A stretch of DNA of 64,000 bases from Rhizophagus irregularis. Lineage: Eukaryota. Position 1 is the first letter of the stretch; every line of letters starts with the position of its first letter. Positions 13,654 to 25,956 of the stretch are shown piece by piece. The DNA is taken from NCBI RefSeq assembly GCF_026210795.1, contig NC_089429.1, forward strand, positions 930,001-994,000. Reading direction: 5' to 3'. The notes beneath the pieces are model-generated. The model was not told the DNA's origin, did no database searches, and saw nothing but the letters and a program-made list of their open reading frames with translations. Position numbers and translations under genes: made by a program.

Positions 13654-14796
13654 ATATTAAACAGTTAATTTTTAAGGATGAGATTGCTTATAAATCAACA
13701 ATCACGTCATTAACTCATTATATTTAGAAAGGGATATATATTGTATTATTTTTCAATATTTAGTCTTCAAATGTGATAATTTGTTTATATATAGTAAAAT
13801 TTTACGCAAGGATTATTATTATCTTCTGATTATTTTTTAAAGAAAGTGTTTTTTTTATATATTTCATTGCAGAAGAAAAAAAATGGCCTAACCGCCTAAA
13901 TCATGTTAATTTTCAATTTTTTATATACTCATTATATCACGAAAAAAAAGCAATAAATTTTGTTAGTGTCTGCTATTTTATGTTATTGGATTATTATACA
14001 ACCATCAAAATCGAATTTTAATTCACTTTTTTTTGATACTTTAAATTCGTCTCATTAAACATCAATAATTTATTACTAAAGTAATAAACCATTAATAAAG
14101 AAAAAAATTATTTTTTTTTACACTTCAGAAAATCGACAAATATTGTAATTTTACGTAACACATCTTCAACATTTAATATATATATTTTAATATCATTGGA
14201 ATTTATCGATACAGTATTTGACTTATATTCTAAAATGTTTTAATGTTGCTTTCTTATTCTCTTTTAGACATTGCAGCTTCTTGAACTTTATGGAACAAAA
14301 AAAAACCGGCAATTTAGAAAAGGGTGTCACATGTGTTTTTTTGATTTAACTTTGGAAACATTCTAACTATCTTTCTTTTAGTTTCTTAAATTTATTATAT
14401 AATAGAAAACATTAATAAAAATTTTAATAATTCGCTTAATTGATGAGAAAAATTGGCGTTTAATTTCATTTACCTCCAATAATATTTTATAATAATTAAT
14501 TAAAGAACTTCTTGGTATAAGACTATATAGACCAGTTCTTTATCAATGTCAGTATTGCTCAATGTGTATATGATAATTAAAAAGAAAATTTTGAATGTAT
14601 TCAAATGATGATTTGACAGGAAAATATTAGCAGATTTGATTTAAATGACATTAGACAACTTTTTCAATCCGTAATTTGATCATGCTTTAAGTTACAAAAT
14701 AGTTTATCACACTGCACAGAATACATTAATTGTATTGTATTAATACGTCTTATATTTTTAAGATACATATTCGAGTTTATTAAATTGTATAACACA

Positions 14797-16400
14797 TTAC
14801 ACATTTAAATCATAAATAATACCATGTATAGAAATACATAAATCATCATATCTTTGAACTATAACATTATGCAATCTAAATTCATTTACTTCATCTTCTA
14901 AAGAAAACAATTCTCTAGCCGTATCATCATATGGAAAACATTCTGAAAAAGCTAAATATTTAACCCTTTCCTTCCTCATAATATATTCCTTTATGTAAAA
15001 CAAAATACTTTCTCCTTCATCTTGCATCACATTATTAATTATTAATTTTCTAATAAAAGTGTTTTGAGAATTTTTTAAAAATATTTCAAAATCACTTGAA
15101 TTAAATGAAAGTGATAAATGTAAATATTCTAATTTAGAAGGGAGAACTTGTCCTAAATTTTGTAATACATTTGAATCTAAGTCATCATAATAAATATCAA
15201 TAGTAAGACAATTAATAGTTTGTCCAATATTTTCAATTAATAGATAAATATTAATGTCATCAGGATTTTCAGTAGTAAAACGTTTAATTTTTGTACAATA
15301 TTTCATAATTAATTCAAGAAATTGTTGTCTTGATCCTTCATACTCTTCACACTCAGATCCAAATTCAAAATTTTCTAAATAATCACCACATTTTTGTAAT
15401 AGAAGTTGTAATGATTCAATATATAATATATCCTTAATACATAAAGATCTCAATTTAAAAGGTTTGATAACTTTAATGATTTGTTGAACAAAATCGGAAT
15501 TCAAAGAATCACAATAAAGAATATGAATTGATTCTAAAACATTCAATTGATCAAATACTTCTTGTAAAACTGTAATTACATTTCTAAAATCAATACTATC
15601 AAATATAATCGTATTTAAAGTATTTGAACAATTAGAATTTTTTAATGATAAAAATAGGTGATATAAAATATCAATACTAGTTCCAAATGAAACTATTTTG
15701 AGATTATGTTGTGAAATAATCATTTGTGATAAATATTTTCTAATTGCTGAAAAATCATTAATACTAGATAAAGAAAAATGAAGTGATGTGATTAAATTGC
15801 AATTAGAACATAAAAATTTTAAAAAGGAAATGATATTCGTGACATTTGGAGCATGAAAAATACGTAATGTAAAATTTTTAATATTGTAAGTAAAATGTGG
15901 ATTTTGTAAAACCAATTCCATAGTATTATCAAAACAAGTAAAATGAATATTCCTAGACATTATAAATCTAAAAGAATGTAAGCTCCCTTCATGTTTAAGG
16001 AACACTTCAAATAATGATTTATAAACTAATTTTTCTAGATTCTTATGATTATTATCCACTAAAGTATCAACCCATTTTTCAACAGAAAAGTGAATACCAG
16101 TTATAGTTAAGTATTTAATAAAATTAGGATAATTGAATAATGTATTTTTAGGTACTAAATTATTATTAATTCCATATTCATTAAATTTTGCTTTACTATC
16201 TTCATTTAAAAAGTGTAAATAAATTTCAATACAACGATAATTTCGGTTAGAAATTGTAAATGGATCTTCCCATAATATTGGAATCGCTAAACGACACCAA
16301 AATCTATTAACTAAAATACACGAATGTAATGTTGAAAATGTTGTATAATTTCATTTGTTAATTCGGGTAAATCTCCTGAAAATATTTTTGAACATGCCAT
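14797..16400 (-). pseudogene. F-box-like/LRR-like protein paralog (MACSKIFSGDLPEL family), frameshifted near the N-terminus
   Basis: Starts MACSKIFSGDLPELTNEIIQHF like its paralogs. It lacks 13 nt at ~16335 relative to the 23147-24778 copy, giving an early TAG. The downstream frame (STLHSCILVNRFWCRLAIPILWEDPF...) is open to 14797. Confidence 0.8.
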
Positions 16401-17224
16401 GTTTGAGAAAGAAAAAAGTGGCTTTCATCCCACAATGGGAACAAAATTTATTTATTTTTTTTTGTAACCGTATGTTGTACTACTTACTCCATGTAAATCG
16501 TTCCTTTGTTCGGATAATCTCTTGTTATCTATTCTCGGTCGTCGATAATATTTTTATTTTTTCATATTATAATATTTTGTAACTGGGTAAATTATAAAAT
16601 GATTTCTTATTATTAAATTAGTCTATAATTCTTATGATTGATTTTGAAAATAATTATAGAATAATTTAATAATATAAATTAACTTACTAATTTCGGAAAT
16701 CTGAAATCTTGACGTAAAACATTAAAAAAATCATTTTAATCTGAATTAGATAATTCACAATAAAACAGTAATAAAACGATGGAAATATAGAACAATGCCA
16801 AGCTGTATTATATGGTCTTGTTATAAGATGAATCATTGTTTCATAAACCATTGGGTGGTGACTACTCAATCTTACTCATGATTGTATATACAGTATGTCA
16901 CGTGATCTACACAATCGTCATTCGTCTAAAATATTAGTAAGCACACCATAACATTTTCATAGTACAAAGAAAATATATTCACATTCTTCTCGCATTATAT
17001 TACTCATTAATATAACCTTTTAATAAAATATTTGTTACATTTTTTGAAATAATTTCAAATCGCTTGAGTTAATTTTAAATATTCAAATATTTTTACTTAA
17101 TAAATTCCGTTTTTTTTATCTTATAATTTAAACTAGAGTAACTTGGTAATTATTAGTGAGTTATAATCATTATACTGTCAGATTGACTCAAAAATTTTGG
17201 GTCGGGTCATCAAACGTTTTTATA

Positions 17225-20200
17225 ATTAAATATAAAAAAAATTGATTTTTTTATTAAAAACGTCAGACTTGACGTTTTTGTAATTAAAAAAACAAAAAAA
17301 TGACTTTTTTAGTTAAAAAACGTCAGGCTTGACGTTTTTGTAATTAAAAAATCAAAAAAATGACTTTTTTAGTTAAAAAACGTCAGGCTTGACGTTTTTG
17401 TAATTAAAAAATCAAAAAAATGACTTTTTCAGTTAAAAAACGTCAGACTTGACGTTTTTGTAATTAAAAAATCAAAAAAAAATGACTTTTTTAGTTAAAA
17501 AACGTCAGACATGACATTTTTGTGATTAAAAATAAAAAAAATGATTTTTTTAATTAAAAACGTCAGATTTGACGTTTTTGTAATTAAAAAATCAAAAAAT
17601 GACTTTTTTAGTTAAAAAACGTCAGACTTGACATTTTTGTAATTAAAAAATCAAAAAAAATGACTTTTTTAGTTAAAAAACGTCAGACTTGACGTTTTTG
17701 TAATTAAAAAAATCAAAAAAAATGACTTTTTTAGTTAAAAAACGTCAGACTTGACGTTTTTGTAATTAAAAAAATCAAAAAAAATGACTTTTTTAGTTAA
17801 AAAACGTCAGACTTGACGTTTTTGTAATTAAAAAAATCAAAAAAATGACTTTTTTAGTTAAAAAACGTCAGACTTGACGTTTTTGTAATTAAAAAAATCA
17901 AAAAAATGACTTTTTTAGTTAAAAAACGTCAGACTTGACGTTTTTGTAATTAAAAAAATCAAAAAAATGACTTTTTTAGTTAAAAAACGTCAGACTTGAC
18001 GTTTTTGTAATTAAAAAATCAAAAAAATGACTTTTTTAGTTAAAAAATGTCAGACTCGACGTTTTTGTAATTAAAAAATAAAAAAAATGTTTTTTTTAGT
18101 TAAAAACGTCAGACATGACATTTTTGTGATTAAAAATAAAAAAAAATGATTTTTTTAGTTAAAAAATGTCAGACTTGACGCTTTTGTAATTAAAAAATCA
18201 AAAAAATGACTTTTTTAGTTGAAAAACGTCAGGCTTGACGTTTTTGTAATTAAAAAAATCAAAAAAATGACTTTTTTAGTTGAAAAACGTCAGGCTTGAC
18301 GTTTTTGTAATTAAAAAATCAAAAAAATGACTTTTTTAGTTGAAAAACGTCAGGCTTGACGTTTTTGTAATTAAAAAATCAAAAAAATGACTTTTTTAGT
18401 TAAAAAATGTCAGGCTTGACGTTTTTGTAATTAAAAAATCAAAAAAATGACTTTTTTAGTTAAAAAATGTCAGGCTTGACGTTATTGTAATTAAAAAATC
18501 AAAAAAATGACTTTTTCAGTTAAAAAACGTCAGACTTGACGTTTTTGTAATTAAAAAGTCAAAAAAATGACTTTTTCAGTTAAAAAATGTCAGACTTGAC
18601 ATTTTTGTAATTAAAAAATCAAAAAAAAATGACTTTTTTAGTTAAAAAACGTCAGACATGACATTTTTGTGATTAAAAATAAAAAAAATGATTTTTTTTA
18701 ATTAAAAACGTGAGATTTGACATTTTTGTAATTAAAAAATCAAAAAAATGACTTTTTTAGTTAAAAAACGTCAGACTTGACGTTTTTTAATTAAAAAATC
18801 AAAAAAAAAAATGATTTTTTTAGTTAAAAAACGTCAGACTTGACGTTTTTTAATTAAAAAAATCAAAAAAAAAATGATTTTTTTAGTTAAAAACGTCAGA
18901 CATGACATTTTTGTGATTAAAAATAAAAAAAAATGATTTTTTAATTAAAAACGTCAGATTTGACATTTTTATGATTCAAAAAATTATTTTTTATGTTAGA
19001 TTTGACAATTTTGTAATTAAAAATCAAAAAAATTGATTTTTTTAGTTAAAAACGTCAGACTTGACGTTTTTGTAATTAAAAAATCAAAAAAAAATGATTT
19101 TTTAATTAAAAATGTCAGACTCGACGTTTTTGTAATTAAAAAATCAAAAAAATGATTTTTTTAATTAAAAACGTCAGACTTGACGTTTTTGTGATTAAAA
19201 ATCAAAAAAAATATTGGTTTTTTTTAATTAAAAATGTCAGACTTGATGTTTTTGTGATTAAAAATCAAAAAAAATATTGATTTTTTAATTAAAAACGTCA
19301 GACTTGGCATTTTGTAATTAAAAATCAAAAAAATATTGTTTTTTTTAATTAAAAATGTCAGACTTGACGTTTTTGTAATTAAAAAATCAAAAAAAATGAT
19401 TTTTTTGATTAAAAATGTCAGACTTGATGTTTTTGTAATTAAAAAATCAAAAAAAATGATTTTTTTGATTAAAAACGTTAGACTTGACATTATTGTAATT
19501 AAAAAATCAAAAAAAAATGATTTTTTTGATAAAAACGTCAGACTTGACATTTTTGTTATTAAAAAATCAAAAAAAATGATTTTTTTAATTAAAAAACGTC
19601 AGACTTGACATTTTTGTGATTAAAAAATAAAAATCAAAAAAATATTGGTTTTTTTTAATTAAAAACGTCAGACTTGGCGTTTTTGTTATTAAAAAATCAA
19701 AAAAAATGATTTTTTTAATTAAAAACGTCAGACTTTGACATTTTTGTGATTAAAAATCAAAAAAATATTGGTTTTTTTAATTAAAAACGTCAGACTTGGC
19801 ATTTTGTAATTAAAAATCAAAAAAATATTGTTTTTTTTAATTAAAAATGTCAGACTTGACGTTTTTGTAATTAAAAAATCAAAAAAAATGATTTTTTTGA
19901 TTAAAAATGTCAGACTTGATGTTTTTGTAATTAAAAAATCAAAAAAAATGATTTTTTTGATTAAAAATGTCAGACTTGATGTTTTTGTAATTAAAAAATC
20001 AAAAAAAATGATTTTTTTGATTAAAAACGTTAGACTTGACATTATTGTAATTAAAAAATCAAAAAAAAATGTTTTTTTTGATTAAAAACGTCAGACTTGA
20101 CATTTTTGTTATTAAAAAATCAAAAAAATGATTTTTTCAATTAAAAAACGTCAGACTTGACATTTTTGTGATTAAAAATAAAAATCAAAAAAATATTGGT

Positions 20201-20375
20201 TTTTTTTAATTAAAAATGTCAGACTTGACGTTTTTGTTATTAAAAAATCAAAAAAAAATGATTTTTTTAATTAAAAACGTCAGACTTTGACATTTTTGTG
20301 ATTAAAAATCAAAAAAATATTGGTTTTTTTAATTAAAAACGTCAGTCTTGACATTTTTTGTTAAAAAAATCAAAA
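17225..20375. repeat. Second tandem satellite array of the same ~60-62 bp palindromic monomer
   Basis: About 50 copies of aaaacgtcagacttgacgtttttgtaattaaaaaatcaaaaaaatga(c/t)tttttt. An internal block duplication of ~492 bp is visible (19336 vs 19828). Confidence 0.95.
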
Positions 20376-20677
20376 ATGAAGAAAAAACGTTTTTGTGTTA
20401 TTTTTTTTATAATTTTATATGGAAAAATGCCAAAACGTTTTTTTCTTAATAGTAATGCAAAAAAAAAAGTTTTTGGCATTTTTTTTAATAATATTATATG
20501 AAAAAACACTGAAACATTTTTTTTACAATTTTTTTATTTTTTTGCAATATTTTATGAAATTTTAATGATCAACAAAAAAATGAAATTATGTAAATATTGA
20601 ATGATGCAACAATTTAACAGGGACTTTTAGTGGCACAGGAAGAGTTTTTGCGAAAAGTTGGCATTAGAAGTTTTTTT

Positions 20678-20776
20678 CATTGTCATTGTCATTGACATTG
20701 ACATTGACATTGACATTGACATTGACATTGTCACTGACATTGACATTGTCACTGACATTGACATTGTCATTGACAT
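20678..20776. repeat. Microsatellite (CATTGA/CATTGT)n
   Basis: cattgtcattgtcattgacattgacattgacattgac... Confidence 0.9.
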
Positions 20777-21360
20777 TTACATAAAGTTATATAAGATTAA
20801 TCTGAGAGTTTTTTACCAAAAAGGAAATTTTTTTATAAAAAGGGAAATGATTTTCAATTTCGAGGCAATTCAGCAGGTGTTTTAATAACAAATTGAGAAA
20901 TGATTTCCATAGAAAATCTCGTGACAAAATTTATAATAAATTTAAAATAAATGATCAACAAAAATGATCAACAAAATCGTTACTAGTTTTATAAAAAACG
21001 CCCAATAATATCTTTTTATTGTTTTAAATATATTACATATTGCATACTACTTACTGAATTATTAGACACGCCACTATAGTACTATACTCATTATATTAAT
21101 ATATTTATAATTATCATGAATTTCTTCTGAAATTATTGGTAATAACGATATAAAATATATGATATTTTTAAAAAATCTATATCAAGAAATAAATTCTATA
21201 TATTTTTCATTATATGAATAAAATATAATTGAAGATTATATTTATATTATTCACGCACATGTTCAAGAACAGATCCGAATTTGAATATAATTACTAATAT
21301 TTTTAATTAATTCTTTGTCATCAAATATCAGTCCCATATTTTTAAGGATTTCAATAACAA

Positions 21361-21684
21361 TAGCCCTGTTAATTTCCGGTTGGTCGCATTTTTTGGTCAG
21401 ATTTAAGTTAATTTTGATTGGGCTGATCAGTTTGTACAATGCAACCATTTTCTGAACTTTTTAGCCCAATTTTTTTGGGGTTTTTTGGTCGAACTCCAAA
21501 AAAATAACAAACCAAAATTAGATAATTTCTGTTTACGTGACATTTAAGAAAAAAATATATCAATATAAGGAGTTCGAACTAAATTTCAATCTAAAGCAGT
21601 TCAATTTGCGATCGAAAATAAAAAATTTTTATTGAATAATTTTGTACAACAAAATCCGACCGAAAAATGCAATGAACAGGGCTA
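21361..21684. mobile_element. Putative MITE
   Basis: TIR TAGCCCTGTT ... AACAGGGCTA, plus subterminal inverted similarity (gcatttttggtcagattt / aaatccgaccgaaaaatgc). No clear TSD. Confidence 0.55.
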
Positions 21685-21949
21685 ATATGTTCTATAGAAA
21701 GATCTGTAAACAGAGTAATTGTTCATAAAAGACAGAAATAGGAATTCGATAAAAGCTTTGGTATGAAAAACAACATTTATTTCATGATGATGTAAATAAT
21801 GTATATCTTTCTGCTTCTGAAGTAAATATTTTTTTTTAAAAAAAAAAAGTTAGCAATGCATCTTTATTTAAGTATTTTACAGAACGTAAATACAAAAAAG
21901 AAACCAAAATACATAGAGGAAATTAACAATAACCCTATAGCTAACAAAT

Positions 21950-22556
21950 CTAAACTAAATTAAATAAACTACGTGCACCAGACTCCAAAAAAACTAAAAC
22001 TAATACAATATGTAAAAGAGCGGCAAAAATAAAACAGAAAAAAAAATAAAACTAAATTGAATTCAAGGGAGAATTCCTTCCCTAATGGCCTCTAATGACG
22101 TTTAAGACGCCGGTAGAGCAAACGCAGGTGTAAGATACTGATATTACGCCGAAGGTTGATTCCAGAAGACTCGTCAGAGTGGTACAAAAAGTTGCGTAAT
22201 CCACGTAATCGATGGTGCCATCTCCATATGGTTAGTTCTACGGGTAAAAAACCTTTCCTTTTTGGTTGTCCCAAGCACATGTTAAAGTTGTTTCTGCGCC
22301 ACGGAATGAAAAAAATTGTCAGGAAGCCAAGTCCAAGTCGGTTCGAGTCTAAGTTCGCAAAAAGCCAAAGCGAAAAATAGGTAGTCAAACCCCGTTCTTA
22401 CACCGTTTGCCGCAAACTTTTTGTGATATAATGAGCCCCATTAACTTGCTAGGCTCGAAACACCTATCTAGCCGAAGATGAAAGAAAAACTTGAAAAAGC
22501 CCACAGACCTTCTTCATATCAACTTTCCACGAAAGTGGTCTCAAACGAAAGCTATA
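21950..22556 (-). other. GC-richer degenerate coding-like fragment, probably repeat/retroelement-derived
   Basis: GC content is above background. The minus-strand frame (KKVCGLFQVFLSSSAR*...FANLDSNRLG) is interrupted by stops. The family was not identified. Confidence 0.35.
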
Positions 22557-23146
22557 TGAATATACAGTTGTCAGTTGGTAATGTTTGTCTGGTACTGTAA
22601 TAAAATTTTCTTATAGTAAACTTTTGCACTCTTCCACCTTTTTTTGCATCCTAAAAATTATGGACATGATGATCGGTGGAAAGAGCCCCAAATCTTTGTG
22701 TGCTTTATAATCCTTCATTATATGACACCGTTCTATATCAATGAACTAACCCTAAAAAAAAATCTTTATTTATAATTTTTTTTGTGATGTGAGAATTCAC
22801 TGAGAAACATCAATGATCTTACATTGTTTTTCACTTATTTGATATATATAAATTAAATAAATTAATAAGAAATTATTTGATTTTGTTAAATTCTATGAAA
22901 AGAAGTGTAAAAAATAATTAATCTTATCAAATAATTAAATATTTTATATTTGCAATCGTTTAATTTAAATAAATTTCCTTTATTATGTATGGTCAAAATA
23001 TTAAATTCGTAAATAAATTATAAAAAACATTAAACAAATAACCTGATTTGAACTATTGATATTTTAATTAATAATGATAAATTATTTTGCTTTATTTCCA
23101 ATCTTATATAGTGATGTAGTACACATACAAATTGCGTAAATAGTAG

Positions 23147-24778
23147 TTATATATAAAAATCGTAAATAAAACTATACATAGAAGTATATAAATCAGAACA
23201 TTTTTGAACTATAATATTATGTAATTTAAATTCATTTACTTCATCTTCTAAAGAAAACAATTCTCTATCCGTATCATCATTAGGATAATATTCTGAAAAA
23301 GCCAAATATTTAACCCTTTCCTTCCTCATAATATATTCCTTTATATAAAATAAAATACCTTCACCTTCATTTTGCATCATATTACTAATTAATAATTTCT
23401 TAATAAAAGTATGTTGAGAATTTCTTAAAAATATTTCAAGATCACTTGAATTAAATGAAAGTGATAATCGTAAATAATCTAATTTAGAAGGAAGAACTTG
23501 TCCTAAATTTTGTAATACAATTGAGCTATATTCATCATGATAATTATTAATTGTAAGATAATTAATAGTTTTTCCAATATTTTTAATTAATAGATAAATA
23601 TTATTATCATCAGGCTTGGGTGAAATAAGACGTTTAATTTTTGTACAATATTTTATAACTAGTTTAAGTAATTGTCGTCTTGATTCTTCATATTCTTCGC
23701 TTGTATATCCAAATTCGAAATTTTCTAAATAATCACCACATTTTTGTAATAGAAATTGTAATGATTCAATATGCAAGATTTCCTTCATAAATAAAGTTCT
23801 CAATTTAAAAGGTTTAGTAACCTTAATAATTTGTTGAACAAATTCAGAATTTAAAGAATTACAATTGACAATATGAATAGATTCTATAACATTCAATTGA
23901 TCAAATACTTCTTGTAAAGTAATAATTATATTTTTAAAGTCAATATTATCAAATATAATTGTATTTAAAGTATTTGGACAATTAGAATTTCTTAATGATA
24001 AAAATGGTTTATATAAAATAACACTACAAGAACTAAATGAAATTATTTTAAGATTAAGTTGTGAAATAATTATTTGTGATAAACAATTTTCAATTAATGA
24101 AAAATCATTAATATTAGATAAAGCAAAATAAAAATAAAAATTAAGTGATGTGATTGAATTACAATTAGAATTTAAAAAATTTAAGATAGGAATAATGTTC
24201 ATAATATTTTGAAATGAAATATTACAGGTTTGAAATTTTAAATTTCTAATCTTGTATATAAACCCTGGATTTTGTAAAATCAATTCCATAGTATCATTAA
24301 AATTTCCAATATCTGAAAACATTGCAATTTCAAAAGAATGTAAAATTCCTCCATTTTCAATAAACACCTCAAATAATGATCTATAAACTAATTTTTCTAG
24401 ATCCTCATGATTATTATCCACTAAAATATCAACCCACTCTTTAATAGAAAAATAAATGCTACTTATATTTAAAAATTTAATAAAACTAGGATAATTGAAT
24501 AATGTATTTGAAGGTAATAGGTTATTAATAATAATACCATGTTCATTAAATTTTTCTTTACTACTTTCACTTAAATAGGATAAATAAATTTCAACATAAC
24601 GATAATTTCGGTTAGGATTGAAAAAAGGATTTTCCCATAATAATGGAATCGCTAAACGACACCAAAATCTATTAACTAAAAGACACGAATATAATGTTGA
24701 AAAATCTTTTCTAAAATGTTGTATAATTTCATTTGTTAATTCGGGTAAATCTCCTGAAAATATTTTTGAACATGCCAT
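23147..24778 (-). CDS. F-box-like domain protein with LRR/RNI-like C-terminus (543 aa)
   Basis: Intact single-exon ORF. The N-terminal LPELTNEIIQHF..STLYSCLLVNRFWCRLAIPLLW is an F-box-like signature. Confidence 0.88.
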   Translation of the reverse strand: MACSKIFSGDLPELTNEIIQHFRKDFSTLYSCLLVNRFWCRLAIPLLWENPFFNPNRNYRYVEIYLSYLSESSKEKFNEHGIIINNLLPSNTLFNYPSFIKFLNISSIYFSIKEWVDILVDNNHEDLEKLVYRSLFEVFIENGGILHSFEIAMFSDIGNFNDTMELILQNPGFIYKIRNLKFQTCNISFQNIMNIIPILNFLNSNCNSITSLNFYFYFALSNINDFSLIENCLSQIIISQLNLKIISFSSCSVILYKPFLSLRNSNCPNTLNTIIFDNIDFKNIIITLQEVFDQLNVIESIHIVNCNSLNSEFVQQIIKVTKPFKLRTLFMKEILHIESLQFLLQKCGDYLENFEFGYTSEEYEESRRQLLKLVIKYCTKIKRLISPKPDDNNIYLLIKNIGKTINYLTINNYHDEYSSIVLQNLGQVLPSKLDYLRLSLSFNSSDLEIFLRNSQHTFIKKLLISNMMQNEGEGILFYIKEYIMRKERVKYLAFSEYYPNDDTDRELFSLEDEVNEFKLHNIIVQKCSDLYTSMYSFIYDFYI

Positions 24779-25431
24779 GTTAAGAAAGAAAGAGAAGTGG
24801 TTTTCATTTTCAAAATGAAATAATTTTATTAACTTTATTAAACGTACGTTGCACTACTCCATAAAAAGGCAACAATATGAACTAAAAATACTATATGTAA
24901 ATCGTTCCTTTTTTAGTTAATTTAGTAATTTCGTGTATCAAATCACGTGACTTTGACAAAAATTTTGATTTTTAATGATTCGATAAAACGATCACGTGAT
25001 CATAGACGTAATAATTTTTTGTTGTGATATAGCACAAATTTTATTATGCATATTGCATCATTGTCTAAATTTTAAAAACAAAAATAAAAATAAAATGCAT
25101 ATAATGATGGAAAATGACTAGTCAGATGTCACTTACATCATGTATTTTATAATTCTGACCAAAATTATACATGATCCTTGGATGTAAGGATTTAAATTAT
25201 TATTACTTTGCTATTATTTAGGTAATTAAAAATCAAATAATCAATTATAAACAGTGACGTTCCGAGTGTCAATTGCGGACTTTTCTTCCATTCAAACTGT
25301 TGTATGCGTTTAACTCAATGGTATGTGTCTGACGTAAGAAAAATAATATCAAAGCTTTATAATTCCGAAAGGTTATCATTAGACATATTAAAAAATTTCA
25401 TATTTTATTTATCTTCGAGGCTATACATTTT

Positions 25432-25956
25432 GGTATCGGACTTTTCGCCGAAGTCCATTTCACCGAAACTATTTAGTCGAATCCATTTCGCCGAATGGAC
25501 ATTTCGCCGAAAAATTATTTATTCCATTTGGTTATTTTATTGTAAATACATAAAAGAAATGTTTATTTTTGAATTAGCTGATTTTATTAAATCTATCTCG
25601 TTGTTTATAATATATTAATAGTCTTTTTTTTTTACTTACTTTTTCGTGAATAAATAAATGTTTTCAGAAAAATAAGTTATTTATTTATTTCTTAACAATT
25701 AATATCAGTTATACTTGAATAATATCCTGGAAAAAAAAATTCTCTAAAAATAATTTAATTTTTATTTTCATTGTGCGATGAACATTTTTTTTATTAAAAT
25801 GTTAATCGCTACCATTTTTAACGAAATGGAATGGGCGATTCGGTGAAATGGATTCGAAAAATGCACTTTCGGCGAAACGTCCTTTCGGTAAACGTGAAAT
25901 ATCCCTTTGGTGAAATGGTTTCGGTGAGATGGATTTCGGCGAAATGTATCGTAACC
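25432..25956. mobile_element. MITE-like element with subterminal TTTCGCCGAA repeats
   Basis: The left end has repeated catttcgccgaa and the right end has inverted ttcggcgaaatg copies. The interior is AT-rich. Confidence 0.7.

Noticed and set aside
20658..20885. ORF with DIDIDI repeat
   Set aside because: Hexamer microsatellite with a TTG start.
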